A stretch of DNA of 60,324 nucleotides, the filler included. It is 3 parts of 3 records of this genome, joined end to end, with 100 filler letters (N's around TTAATTAATTAA, not from the genome) between each part and the next. Parts side by side here need not be neighbours in the genome. Positions count along the whole stretch, not along the records: positions 28,620 to 44,285 come from DRR378314_199; positions 44,386 to 60,324 come from DRR378314_204; 1 more part is not named here. One strand, given 5' to 3'. Position 1 is the stretch's first letter; the number at the start of each line of letters is the position of its first letter. Below, in pieces: positions 42,538 to 51,371 of this stretch. A program made the translations under genes and the position numbers. Below the pieces are notes generated by a model. That model made no database searches. It saw nothing but the letters and a program-made list of their open reading frames with translations, and had not been told where the DNA came from.

Positions 42538-44148
42538 ATGAACAACCAAACACATAGTCCAAGTATGGCCCTAACCGGGGAACCACCAAAAAGTTTGAGC
42601 ATCGGTCAAAAAATCGCTGTGTTTTTAGGAATGTCCGGTCTTGGCATTCTATTATTGGCCGTTTTCAATGTCGGTTTTCCAAACAAAGTTTTGTGGCTGA
42701 CCCTATCATTATCAATCATTGCCATTGGCGTTGTTTGGTTTTCCTGGGGTGCCTATTCGAGCAAACTTCCAGGTATAAAAAACGATGGGGTTTGGTTTAA
42801 ATCCATTTCCAGCCGCGGTTTATGGGGCTGGATGGCAGGTCTTGCACTCACAGGCTTTTACATTGTGCTCTACTTTTATCCTGAATATCTAGGTTTGGTC
42901 AGCGATGGAGATAACAAAGGAGTAATCGGCCTTTTTGATCCCCTTAGCATATTCTTGAACGGCAATCCAGCAAGCCAGTGGTTTGTTTACGGCACGCTCT
43001 ATACCGTGGCCATTTTGATTTTTGGCATCAAGTTCCTTTGGAAATACCGTCATAATCGATACGAAAAACTGCGCACATGGAGCGTGATGTTCTTTCAAAC
43101 CGCTTTTGCGTTCATCATTCCAGAACTGATGGCCCGTTTGAACGGTCACAAGATTTTGGACGGTGGTAGCCTCCCTTATTTTGATCTGAAAAATATTTGG
43201 CCGCTCAACTATTATAATTTTGAGGGGTACCGTATCAAAATGTTCTTAACCTCCGGGGAAATTGGGTTTGCACTATTGATTTTTGCCATTCTTTCCATTT
43301 TTGTGATAACTCCCATACTCACATACAAATACGGTAAAAGATGGTATTGTTCTTGGGTTTGCGGTTGTGGTGGACTTGCCGAAACCGCTGGTGATTCGTT
43401 TAGGCAATTGAGTGATAAATCTACCAAAGCATGGAAAATTGAGCGTTGGGTGGTGCATAGCGTGGTAGTTTTTGTGACCTTGATGACCACAGCGGTCATC
43501 TATTCCTATTTGGGGACTGATACCAGCAAATACTGGCTGACGAAAAGCTCTTTTTTGATCGGCGTAGGCGTTTTGTTGACCTTAGTGTTTGCTTGGGTGA
43601 TGATTTTTAAAAGAAATCAGCTTCAAAAAGATGCACAATACGGAGCCATCGGATATTTTGTGATTATAATTGCGTTGATCGGATTCCACTTTTTTAGTGG
43701 TGAAGGAGAAGTTTTTCTCTTCAAATCTGGAACGCTTCGTAAATCGTACTCTTTTTTGATTGGCAGTATTTTCTCTGGAGTCATCGGAACCGGGTTCTAT
43801 CCCATATTTGGTAGCAGGGTTTGGTGCAGATTCGGTTGTCCTATGGCTGCTATCCTAGGTTTTCAACAGAAATTGTTTTCCAGATTTAGAATAACCACCA
43901 ACGGCGGACAATGCATTTCTTGCGGAAACTGCTCAACGTACTGCGAAATGGGCATTGATGTGCGTGCCTACGCGCAAAAAGGTGAAAACATCGTAAGGTC
44001 CAGTTGCGTCGGTTGCGGTATCTGCTCAGCAGTCTGCCCTAGAGGTGTCCTTAAATTGGAAAATGGACCTTTGGAAGGTAGAATTGACAGCAATCAGGTG
44101 CTTTTGGGCAATGATGTGGATTTGATGACCCTCGTAAACAAGAAGTAA
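42538..44148 (+). CDS. Polytopic membrane 4Fe-4S protein (NapH/MauN/RdxA-like)
   Basis: Many TM helices, CSWVCGCG and CRFGCP motifs, and ferredoxin motifs CISCGNCSTYC and CVGCGICSAVCP. Confidence 0.88.
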   Translation: MNNQTHSPSMALTGEPPKSLSIGQKIAVFLGMSGLGILLLAVFNVGFPNKVLWLTLSLSIIAIGVVWFSWGAYSSKLPGIKNDGVWFKSISSRGLWGWMAGLALTGFYIVLYFYPEYLGLVSDGDNKGVIGLFDPLSIFLNGNPASQWFVYGTLYTVAILIFGIKFLWKYRHNRYEKLRTWSVMFFQTAFAFIIPELMARLNGHKILDGGSLPYFDLKNIWPLNYYNFEGYRIKMFLTSGEIGFALLIFAILSIFVITPILTYKYGKRWYCSWVCGCGGLAETAGDSFRQLSDKSTKAWKIERWVVHSVVVFVTLMTTAVIYSYLGTDTSKYWLTKSSFLIGVGVLLTLVFAWVMIFKRNQLQKDAQYGAIGYFVIIIALIGFHFFSGEGEVFLFKSGTLRKSYSFLIGSIFSGVIGTGFYPIFGSRVWCRFGCPMAAILGFQQKLFSRFRITTNGGQCISCGNCSTYCEMGIDVRAYAQKGENIVRSSCVGCGICSAVCPRGVLKLENGPLEGRIDSNQVLLGNDVDLMTLVNKK

Positions 44149-44285
44149 ATCACTTTTCTTTTTGAACAATTCAAGGTAGAATCCATGGAAAATTTTAGTT
44201 TTGGCAACTTAAACATTAACTAAAACCTGTTGTGCATTTTGAAGGCTTCATGTATCAAAAGCCGTCAATTCGAGTGAAATTCCAA

Positions 44286-44385
44286 NNNNNNNNNNNNNNN
44301 NNNNNNNNNNNNNNNNNNNNNNNNNNNNNTTAATTAATTAANNNNNNNNNNNNNNNNNNNNNNNNNNNNNNNNNNNNNNNNNNNN
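44286..44385. other. Artificial contig linker N44-TTAATTAATTAA-N44
   Basis: Identical to the first linker; GC rises sharply after it. Confidence 0.99.
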
Positions 44386-44413
44386 CGCGGTTCGAGTCCG
44401 TGTGGGGGCACCA
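44386..44413 (+). tRNA. 3' fragment of a bacterial tRNA (T arm, acceptor strand, CCA), probably tRNA-Thr
   Basis: CGCGG-TTCGAGT-CCGTG TGGGGGC A CCA. The anticodon is absent, so the isotype rests on recalled resemblance to alphaproteobacterial tRNA-Thr. Confidence 0.7.
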
Positions 44414-44818
44414 TTTCATTACCCTAAATCGTCCAAAGACATCGAAAACCCTGTGTTATATGGGTTTTATCGAGATCGTTTGTCCGATTCTGTCCAGCTG
44501 CAAACGATACAACACCCCCGGATTGGGGGTGTTTGTGAGGGTATCGGGTTTGAACCGGAACAAGTCCCTTCCCCAGCAATGCCGTTCTCAGACATTCAAC
44601 CCCGCAACCTTAAGCCGCGCGAAAAAGCCTATAAACGCTGCGCAAGATCGAAGCAAAGGGCACCTACGAAACGGCCCATCGCCTGCGCGCCTGCATCGGG
44701 TCCGTCTTTCGCTATACAGTTGCCCGCAGCATCGCCGATGGTCCGGCGCCAGCGCCTAACTCAATCAACTATCACTCGTGAAGCCTCTCAATAGCTAGAT
44801 CACTTGACCTACCATTTC

Positions 44819-44841
44819 GATTGTATACAAATTGTGTACAT
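44819..44841. promoter_or_regulatory. Putative GntR operator
   Basis: Perfect palindrome TTGTATACAA (44821-44830) and an adjacent degenerate copy TTGTGTACAT, just upstream of the GntR RBS (GGAG). Confidence 0.65.
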
Positions 44842-44855
44842 TACTGGAGAACATG

Positions 44856-45560
44856 ATGAGTCGCTTCTCAAAATCAGACTGTCTGGATGACTTGCGTCGC
44901 CGCATCCTATCAACGGAGCTTGAGCCCGGGCTTGATTTGGATGAGGCGGGGCTCTCACGACATTACGATATGTCGCGAACCCCAATGCGCGAGGTTCTTC
45001 AAAGACTTCAAGGCGAGGGCTTTGTCGTGATGAGCGAGAACCGCGGTGCAAAGGTTGCATCGATGGATATCAGCGTGTTGCGGACATTTTTCCAAACCGC
45101 ACCCATGGTCTACGCCAACATTGCGCGGCTCGCTTGCGAAAACCGTATGGGCGCGCAGATCGACCTTCTTAAACGCACGCAGGTTCAATTCGCAAAGGCG
45201 ACAAAGTCGTCGGATGGTGCAGAGGCCGCGCTCGCCAACCACCAGTTCCACGCGATCATCGGTGAAATGGCGCATAACACGTATCTGGTCGCCTCACTGG
45301 CGCGGCTTCAGATTGATCACACGCGGATGAGCCAGACGTTCTATCGCCCTGCAGCCCCGTCCGAAACGATGCTCGTCTTAAAGGCGATCGAACAACACGA
45401 CGCGATGATCGCCGCAATCGAAGCCCGCGAGGGCGCGTTGGCGATCGACCTCACACTGCAACACTGGGACCTCAGCCGTGACCGGATGGAACGCTTTGTG
45501 CGCCCCGACCCGCTTCCTGTTGATGTCATTTCGTTTAAGGATCACACCAATGCAATTTGA
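44856..45560 (+). CDS. GntR family regulator (FCD domain)
   Basis: wHTH LEPGLDLDEAGLSRHYDMSRTPMREVLQRLQGEG; FCD motifs NHQFH, EQHDAMI and QHW. Start 44853 or 44856. Confidence 0.92.
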   Translation: MSRFSKSDCLDDLRRRILSTELEPGLDLDEAGLSRHYDMSRTPMREVLQRLQGEGFVVMSENRGAKVASMDISVLRTFFQTAPMVYANIARLACENRMGAQIDLLKRTQVQFAKATKSSDGAEAALANHQFHAIIGEMAHNTYLVASLARLQIDHTRMSQTFYRPAAPSETMLVLKAIEQHDAMIAAIEAREGALAIDLTLQHWDLSRDRMERFVRPDPLPVDVISFKDHTNAI

Positions 45561-46458
45561 AGGCATCTACACGCCGCTTGTGACGCCGTATCACGACGAT
45601 TTCTCGCTTAATGAAAAGGCGCTTTCCGAAACGGTAGACCATCTGGTGAACGCCGGTGTTCACGGCATCATCGTGGCTGGGTCGACGGGTGAATACTACG
45701 CCCAGTCGACCGCGGAACGGCTGGACATGATGACGCGCTGCGCCGCGCTGATTAGCGGGCGTGTCCCGATGATCGTTGGCACGGGCGCGATCCGCACCGA
45801 GGACAGCGTGATGTTTGCCTCCGCCGCCAAAGCCGCAGGTGCCGATGCGCTCTTGGTGGCCACACCGCCTTATGCATACCCGACAGGCCGAGAGATTGCG
45901 CTCCATGCGCTTGCCGTTGATCGTGCCGCGAATCTGCCGGTGATGCTGTATAACTACCCGGGGCGGATGTCGGTGAACATGGACGAAGACTGCCTTGACC
46001 GCTTGGGGCGTTCACCAAATTTCTGTGCGATCAAGGAAAGCTCGGGTGATGTGAACCGGCTTCATATGCTGGCGCGGGACTATCCGCATATCGCCCTGTC
46101 CTGCGGTATGGACGATCAGGCGCTTGAGTTTTTTGCATGGGGCGCGCGCAGCTGGGTCTGCGCGGGATCGAACTTTGCACCGGAGGCACATATCGCACTC
46201 TATCAAGCCTGTGCGGTCGAGGGCGATTTCACCAAAGGACGCGCCATCATGTCGGCGATGCTGCCACTGATGCGGGTGCTGGAACAGGGCGGCAAGTTTG
46301 TTCAGTGCATTAAATACGGGCTGACCTTGCGCGGCATTGATGCGGGGCCGCCACGCAAACCACTGCAACCATTGAACAAAGACGACAAACGCGAACTGGC
46401 CGAAGTGATCCGCACCATGAACACCGCCATTTCAAGCATTACAGGGGCCACGATATGA
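45550..46458 (+). CDS. Dihydrodipicolinate synthase (DapA/NAL) family aldolase/deaminase
   Basis: TP, GSTGE, LYNYPG and the Schiff-base Lys in IKESSG. True start MQFEG at 45550. Confidence 0.9.
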   Translation: MQFEGIYTPLVTPYHDDFSLNEKALSETVDHLVNAGVHGIIVAGSTGEYYAQSTAERLDMMTRCAALISGRVPMIVGTGAIRTEDSVMFASAAKAAGADALLVATPPYAYPTGREIALHALAVDRAANLPVMLYNYPGRMSVNMDEDCLDRLGRSPNFCAIKESSGDVNRLHMLARDYPHIALSCGMDDQALEFFAWGARSWVCAGSNFAPEAHIALYQACAVEGDFTKGRAIMSAMLPLMRVLEQGGKFVQCIKYGLTLRGIDAGPPRKPLQPLNKDDKRELAEVIRTMNTAISSITGATI

Positions 46459-47927
46459 CCGATCTGCTGACAAAAGCCGAATACGCAGCCATTGCAGATA
46501 CACTTGATCTGCCCCGCAGCCCGTTCATTGACGGAAAATTCCAACGCGGCGGCGGCCCAATGATGGCGACAACCAATCCTGCCACTGGCGAAGAAATCAC
46601 ACAGGTTTCAACGGCGGATACAAAGGACGTCGATCTTGCCGTCACCAAGGCCCGCGAGGCGTTCGATCAGGGCCACTGGTCCAAACTGGACCCCGACGCG
46701 CGCAAGGATGTGCTGATCCGGCTTTGCAAACTGCTGACGCGAAACAAGCGCGAGCTGGCTGTCATGGAAAGCGTCGAAAGCGGCAAACCGATCCTTGATT
46801 GCGAGACGATTGATCTTCCCGAAACGATCCACTGCATCAAGTGGCATGCCGAAGCGATCGACAAGATATACGACCAGACGGCCCCGACAGGGGACGGGGC
46901 GCTGGCCGTGATCCTGCGCGAACCTATCGGTGTCGTGGCGGCCATTCTGCCATGGAACTTTCCGCTGATGATGCTTGCATGGAAGATCGGACCCGCGCTT
47001 GCAGCGGGCTGTTCTGTCATCGTGAAACCCGCCGAGCAAACCAGTCTGACAGCCCTGCGCGTGGCCGAACTGGCCCATGAAGCTGGCGTGCCGCGCGGCG
47101 TGCTGCAAGTCCTTCCGGGCGATGGTCCGTCGGTGGGGGAACCTTTGGGGCGTCACATGGATGTCGATCTGGTCACGTTCACGGGGTCAACTGAAACGGG
47201 TCGGCGATTCCTGCACTATGCGGCGGACAGCAACCTCAAGAAAGTTGTGTTGGAATGTGGCGGCAAGAACCCTGCGCTTGTGTTCGATGATGCTGAAAAT
47301 CTTGATCATGTGGCTGAACATGTGGTCAACGCTGCGTTCTGGAATGCGGGCCAGAACTGCTCTGCCACGTCGCGATTGATCGTCCACTCATCGGTCAAGG
47401 CCGCGTTGATGGAAAAGATCGATGCGCGGCTTCGCGATTGGAAACTAGGCGACCCGCTGGACCCCGCAACCCACATCGGGGCGCTGATTGATGCCGATCA
47501 CTGTGCCAAGGTGCGCGGTTTTCTGGATTCCAAAGAGGATGGTCCGTTTGTTGCCCCTGTGGTTGTCGAGGTCAGTGCTGATGACGCATGCGCTCGCGAC
47601 GAAATCTTCGGCCCGGTGCTGAGTGTGATCGAAGTGGCCAGTAACGACGAAGCGGTGCAGGTCGCCAATGATACCGCCTATGGGCTTGCCGCATCGGTCT
47701 TTTCCGCAGGTGGACGCCGCGCCATACGTGCGGCCCGCGACATCAAGGCGGGCACGGTCACTGTGAACTGCTACGGCGAGGGCAACATCGCCACACCGTT
47801 TGGCGGCTACAAGCAATCGGGCTTTGGCGGGCGCGATAATGGTCTTCACGCCCATGATCAATACACCGAAGTCAAAACCATCTGGATCGACCTGAACGAC
47901 CCCGCAGACGGAGACAATTTCGCATGA
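46455..47927 (+). CDS. Aldehyde dehydrogenase (PuuC-like subfamily)
   Basis: PWNFP, KPAEQT, FTGSTETG, LECGGKNP, NAGQNC, EIFGPV and PFGGYKQSGFGGRD. Confidence 0.93.
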   Translation: MTDLLTKAEYAAIADTLDLPRSPFIDGKFQRGGGPMMATTNPATGEEITQVSTADTKDVDLAVTKAREAFDQGHWSKLDPDARKDVLIRLCKLLTRNKRELAVMESVESGKPILDCETIDLPETIHCIKWHAEAIDKIYDQTAPTGDGALAVILREPIGVVAAILPWNFPLMMLAWKIGPALAAGCSVIVKPAEQTSLTALRVAELAHEAGVPRGVLQVLPGDGPSVGEPLGRHMDVDLVTFTGSTETGRRFLHYAADSNLKKVVLECGGKNPALVFDDAENLDHVAEHVVNAAFWNAGQNCSATSRLIVHSSVKAALMEKIDARLRDWKLGDPLDPATHIGALIDADHCAKVRGFLDSKEDGPFVAPVVVEVSADDACARDEIFGPVLSVIEVASNDEAVQVANDTAYGLAASVFSAGGRRAIRAARDIKAGTVTVNCYGEGNIATPFGGYKQSGFGGRDNGLHAHDQYTEVKTIWIDLNDPADGDNFA

Positions 47928-49474
47928 GCGTGGACGCGGTCGGAACCGCCCGCCGGGGTCGCGGCGCACGCAAGGCCCTGCGCCAGACCCGCAATGTGAC
48001 GATGCTGCCCGCGCTAAAGCGCAAGCTGCCGCTGACCGAACCCATGACGCCCGACCAGATCGAAAAGATCGACGCGGCCTCTATGGATATTCTGGAAAAC
48101 GTTGGCGTCCAGTTCCGTGATGACATCGCGTTGGCAGATTGGAAACGCGCAGGCGCAAAGGTGGTGGACGAGATGGTCTATCTGGACCGCCATCTGGTGC
48201 GCGAATTGATCGCAACGATCCCTGAAACCTTTACCTACAACGCGCGCAATCCAGCCAACAACCTGCCGTTCGGGCGGGATCATGGGATGTTCATTCCGAT
48301 GACGGGCGCGCCGTTTCTGCGTGATCTGGATGACGTGCGCCGCAACCCGACGCTGGATGACCTCGCGAATTTCCACAAGCTGTCCCACATGCTGCCCGCG
48401 ATCCATTCCTCGGCGCACCACATTGTCGAACCCTATGACCACCCGATCAGCCAGCGACATCTGCGCATCACCTATTCGTCGATGAAACACTCCGATAAGA
48501 CGTTCATGGGTATGACCACCAGCCCCAAGAACGCCGAAGATGTAATCGAAATGTGCGGGCTCCTGTTCGGGGATGATTTCATCGACACGCACCCTGTTGT
48601 GACTGGCAATTGCAACGGCAACTCACCGCTCGTTTGGGATGAAACAATGCTGGGCGCGCTGCGGGCGTTCAGTCGGCGCAACCAACCGGTGCTTTGCAGC
48701 CCCTTCGTGCTGGGCGGGGCCAATACGCCCGCCAGTGTGCCCGCAACCGTGGCACAACTGAACGCGGAAGCGCTAAGTGCACTGGCTTATACGCAGGTCG
48801 TGCGCAAAGGCGCGCCCGCGATTTATGGACATTATCTGTCCACGGTCAGCATGAAATCGGGTGCCCCCATGGCAGGCACACCAGAGATCAGCCTGATGAA
48901 TTTCATGATCGGGCAGATGGCGCGGTTTTATGGCGTGCCGTGGCGCACATCGAACACGCTTGGCGGGGCAAAGACGTTTGACGCCCAAGCGGGCTATGAA
49001 AGTGCCATGACCATGAACGCCGTACTGATGGCCGGGGCCAACTACATGTGGCACTCCGCTGGATGGAACGAGGCGGGCATGCATTGTTCCACGGCCAAAT
49101 TCATTGTCGACGCCGAGATGTGCGAAATGGGCTACCGCATGGCGGAAGGTATCAATTGGACCGACTTCGATGCCGCGATGTCCGCCGTGCCAGACGTTGG
49201 CCCGGGCGGGCATTATCTGGGGCATCCCCATACGTTAGAGAATTTCCAAAAGGCGTTTTTCATGCCCGAAATGTTCGACAATAACTCAATCGAGCAGTGG
49301 CAGGCGGAAGGCAGCGTAGAGATCACCGAACGCGCCTTGATCAAGGCCCGCGCAATGCTCAACGAATATGAAGAGCCTAAATTGGACGACGGGGTGAACG
49401 AAGCCCTTCTGGATTACATTGCGCGCCGCGAGCGGGAGATTCCGGCCGTCGACGCGCTTAATCAGGACCACTAG
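47924..49474 (+). CDS. Trimethylamine methyltransferase (MttB) superfamily protein, non-pyrrolysine
   Basis: ILENVGV, NSPLVWD, PFVLGGANTP, AEAL, MKSGAPMAGTPE, AKTFDAQAGYE, HSAGW and VGPGGHYLGHPHT. No in-frame UAG. Confidence 0.92.
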   Translation: MSVDAVGTARRGRGARKALRQTRNVTMLPALKRKLPLTEPMTPDQIEKIDAASMDILENVGVQFRDDIALADWKRAGAKVVDEMVYLDRHLVRELIATIPETFTYNARNPANNLPFGRDHGMFIPMTGAPFLRDLDDVRRNPTLDDLANFHKLSHMLPAIHSSAHHIVEPYDHPISQRHLRITYSSMKHSDKTFMGMTTSPKNAEDVIEMCGLLFGDDFIDTHPVVTGNCNGNSPLVWDETMLGALRAFSRRNQPVLCSPFVLGGANTPASVPATVAQLNAEALSALAYTQVVRKGAPAIYGHYLSTVSMKSGAPMAGTPEISLMNFMIGQMARFYGVPWRTSNTLGGAKTFDAQAGYESAMTMNAVLMAGANYMWHSAGWNEAGMHCSTAKFIVDAEMCEMGYRMAEGINWTDFDAAMSAVPDVGPGGHYLGHPHTLENFQKAFFMPEMFDNNSIEQWQAEGSVEITERALIKARAMLNEYEEPKLDDGVNEALLDYIARREREIPAVDALNQDH

Positions 49475-49475
49475 G

Positions 49476-50807
49476 GTGGACGTCACCCGACTTCCCAACG
49501 ACCCCGGCCCGGCGGCGTGGAACCGTCTGTTGCCAGACGCAGATCCCGCGACGCCGCTGGAGGGGAACATCACCGCCGATTGGCTGATTATCGGCGCGGG
49601 GTTTGCCGGACTTGCCGCCGCGCACCGTTTGTCAAAGCAGGCGCTAGGCGACCGGATCGTAGTGCTGGATGCGGTGCGGGTCGGGGACGGACCGGCAGGG
49701 CGCAATTCAGGGTTCATGATCGATCTGCCCCATGATCTGACCTCAGCCGATTATGGCGGTGCATTAGAGGCGGATCGGGCACAAACGCAGGACAACCGTC
49801 TGGGTATCGCCCATGCCCGCGACATGGCGCAGGAATTTGGGCTGAGCGACGAGGCATTTACCATATCGGGAAAGATCAACGGTGCGGCAACGGAGAAGGG
49901 CCACGCGCACAACCTGAGCTTTGCCAAACATCTGACGGCATTGGGCGAACCCCACGACATGCTGGACGCAGCACACATGCGCGACATCACGGGCAGCGAG
50001 TATTATCAAAGCGGGCTCTTTACACCCGGCTGCGCCATGATCCAGCCCGCCATGTTCGTGCACGGTGTCGCGTCGGGGCTGCGATCCAACCACGTTTCGA
50101 TACATGAGATGAGCCCCGTCACCCGCTTGGAACGGCAAACGGATTGGATCGCATCGACCCCCAAGGGGCAGGTCACCGCACCGCGGGTCATTCTTGCGGT
50201 CAACGGGCATCTGAACAGTTTTGGATACCTGCCGGGCCGCCTGATGCATGTTTTTACCTATGCGTCGATGACCCGTACCCTCAGCCCCCAAGAGAGCGCA
50301 TGTTTGGGTGGTCATGCCACCTGGGGTCTCACACCTGCGGATCCGATGGGCACGACTGTGAGGCGCGTCTCTGGGGTTGGCGGGGACAGGATCATCATCC
50401 GCAACCGCTTTACGTTCGATCCATCCATGGAGGTGGGGGCGAAACGCATCAATGACGTCGCCCGCGATCACGACCGCGCCTTCGCAGCGCGATTTCCCAA
50501 GCTCGCAGATGTCAGCATGGAATATCGCTGGGGCGGGAGGCTCTGCCTGAGCCGGAACAACGTACAGGTTATCGGTGAATTGGAAGAGAGGCTGTATTCC
50601 GCCTGCTGTCAAAACGGGCTAGGCACCGCCAAAGGCACCTTGGCCGGTGGTCTCGCTGCGGATCTCGCGCTCGGTATATCCTCCCCTGCTTTGAGCCGTG
50701 CGATAACAGCCGATGCGCCATCACGACTGCCCCCGGCTCCTTTGTCGCGTATAGGCGCGAACCTATTTCTCAAATGGCAGGAACGCCAAGCGGGTGGCGA
50801 GCTGTAG
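49476..50807 (+). CDS. FAD-dependent oxidoreductase, DAO/PuuB-like family
   Basis: IIGAGFAGL, GRNSGF, WGG and NGLG motifs. GTG start immediately after the MttB stop. Confidence 0.9.
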   Translation: MDVTRLPNDPGPAAWNRLLPDADPATPLEGNITADWLIIGAGFAGLAAAHRLSKQALGDRIVVLDAVRVGDGPAGRNSGFMIDLPHDLTSADYGGALEADRAQTQDNRLGIAHARDMAQEFGLSDEAFTISGKINGAATEKGHAHNLSFAKHLTALGEPHDMLDAAHMRDITGSEYYQSGLFTPGCAMIQPAMFVHGVASGLRSNHVSIHEMSPVTRLERQTDWIASTPKGQVTAPRVILAVNGHLNSFGYLPGRLMHVFTYASMTRTLSPQESACLGGHATWGLTPADPMGTTVRRVSGVGGDRIIIRNRFTFDPSMEVGAKRINDVARDHDRAFAARFPKLADVSMEYRWGGRLCLSRNNVQVIGELEERLYSACCQNGLGTAKGTLAGGLAADLALGISSPALSRAITADAPSRLPPAPLSRIGANLFLKWQERQAGGEL

Positions 50808-51371
50808 TTTGAAAAGGTCACTTCGCCGCGCTAATCCTCGGATTGACCGCCTATGGCATTGGGCACTTCAGATTTACGCCTCCACCTTCTTGCAATCTGC
50901 ACCCGGGCGTCCCGCCGGTGTTTCATCCGTCAGATAAATGCTCGTTTAGGTGTCGGCGTATAAACATCCAACCCATTGACGGATATCCTGTGTGGCGGCG
51001 GCATTCGCAAGGACTTCCCCCGCCTCCCGGAAGCGGACATTCACGCCAGCCGCAGCATCGAATAACTTGGAATCGTAGCGGTCATTCCCTGCGTGATGTA
51101 TGAATGGCCGGTCTCGGATAATCCGCCATCTGCTGCGCTTTCATTTTGAATGCGCGAAATTCAGATTCCAAATTTGGGTATAAAAGTAAGATTTAGGGTT
51201 ACAACTGTGCGTAGATATATATTCCTCCCTTAATATATCGTCTCAAAACAAATAATTAGATGCTCAACGTGGAGATCTGCGGGCCATTCACATCGCCAAG
51301 TGCCCATATGTTCAAGCAAATCAAACAGTTCGCGTTGTGCGGCGCAGCTATCTTTACTTTCTGAACCTTTC

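Noticed and set aside
47924-49474. Pyrrolysine or selenocysteine recoding in MttB (and in ArsM)
   Set aside because: Neither has an in-frame UAG/UGA; both are full length to their stops.
50820-51360. IS or REP-like remnant (AAGCGGACATTC, GCGGTCATTC...GAATGGCCG)
   Set aside because: Only short imperfect palindromes; no transposase frame, terminal repeats or further copies in the window.
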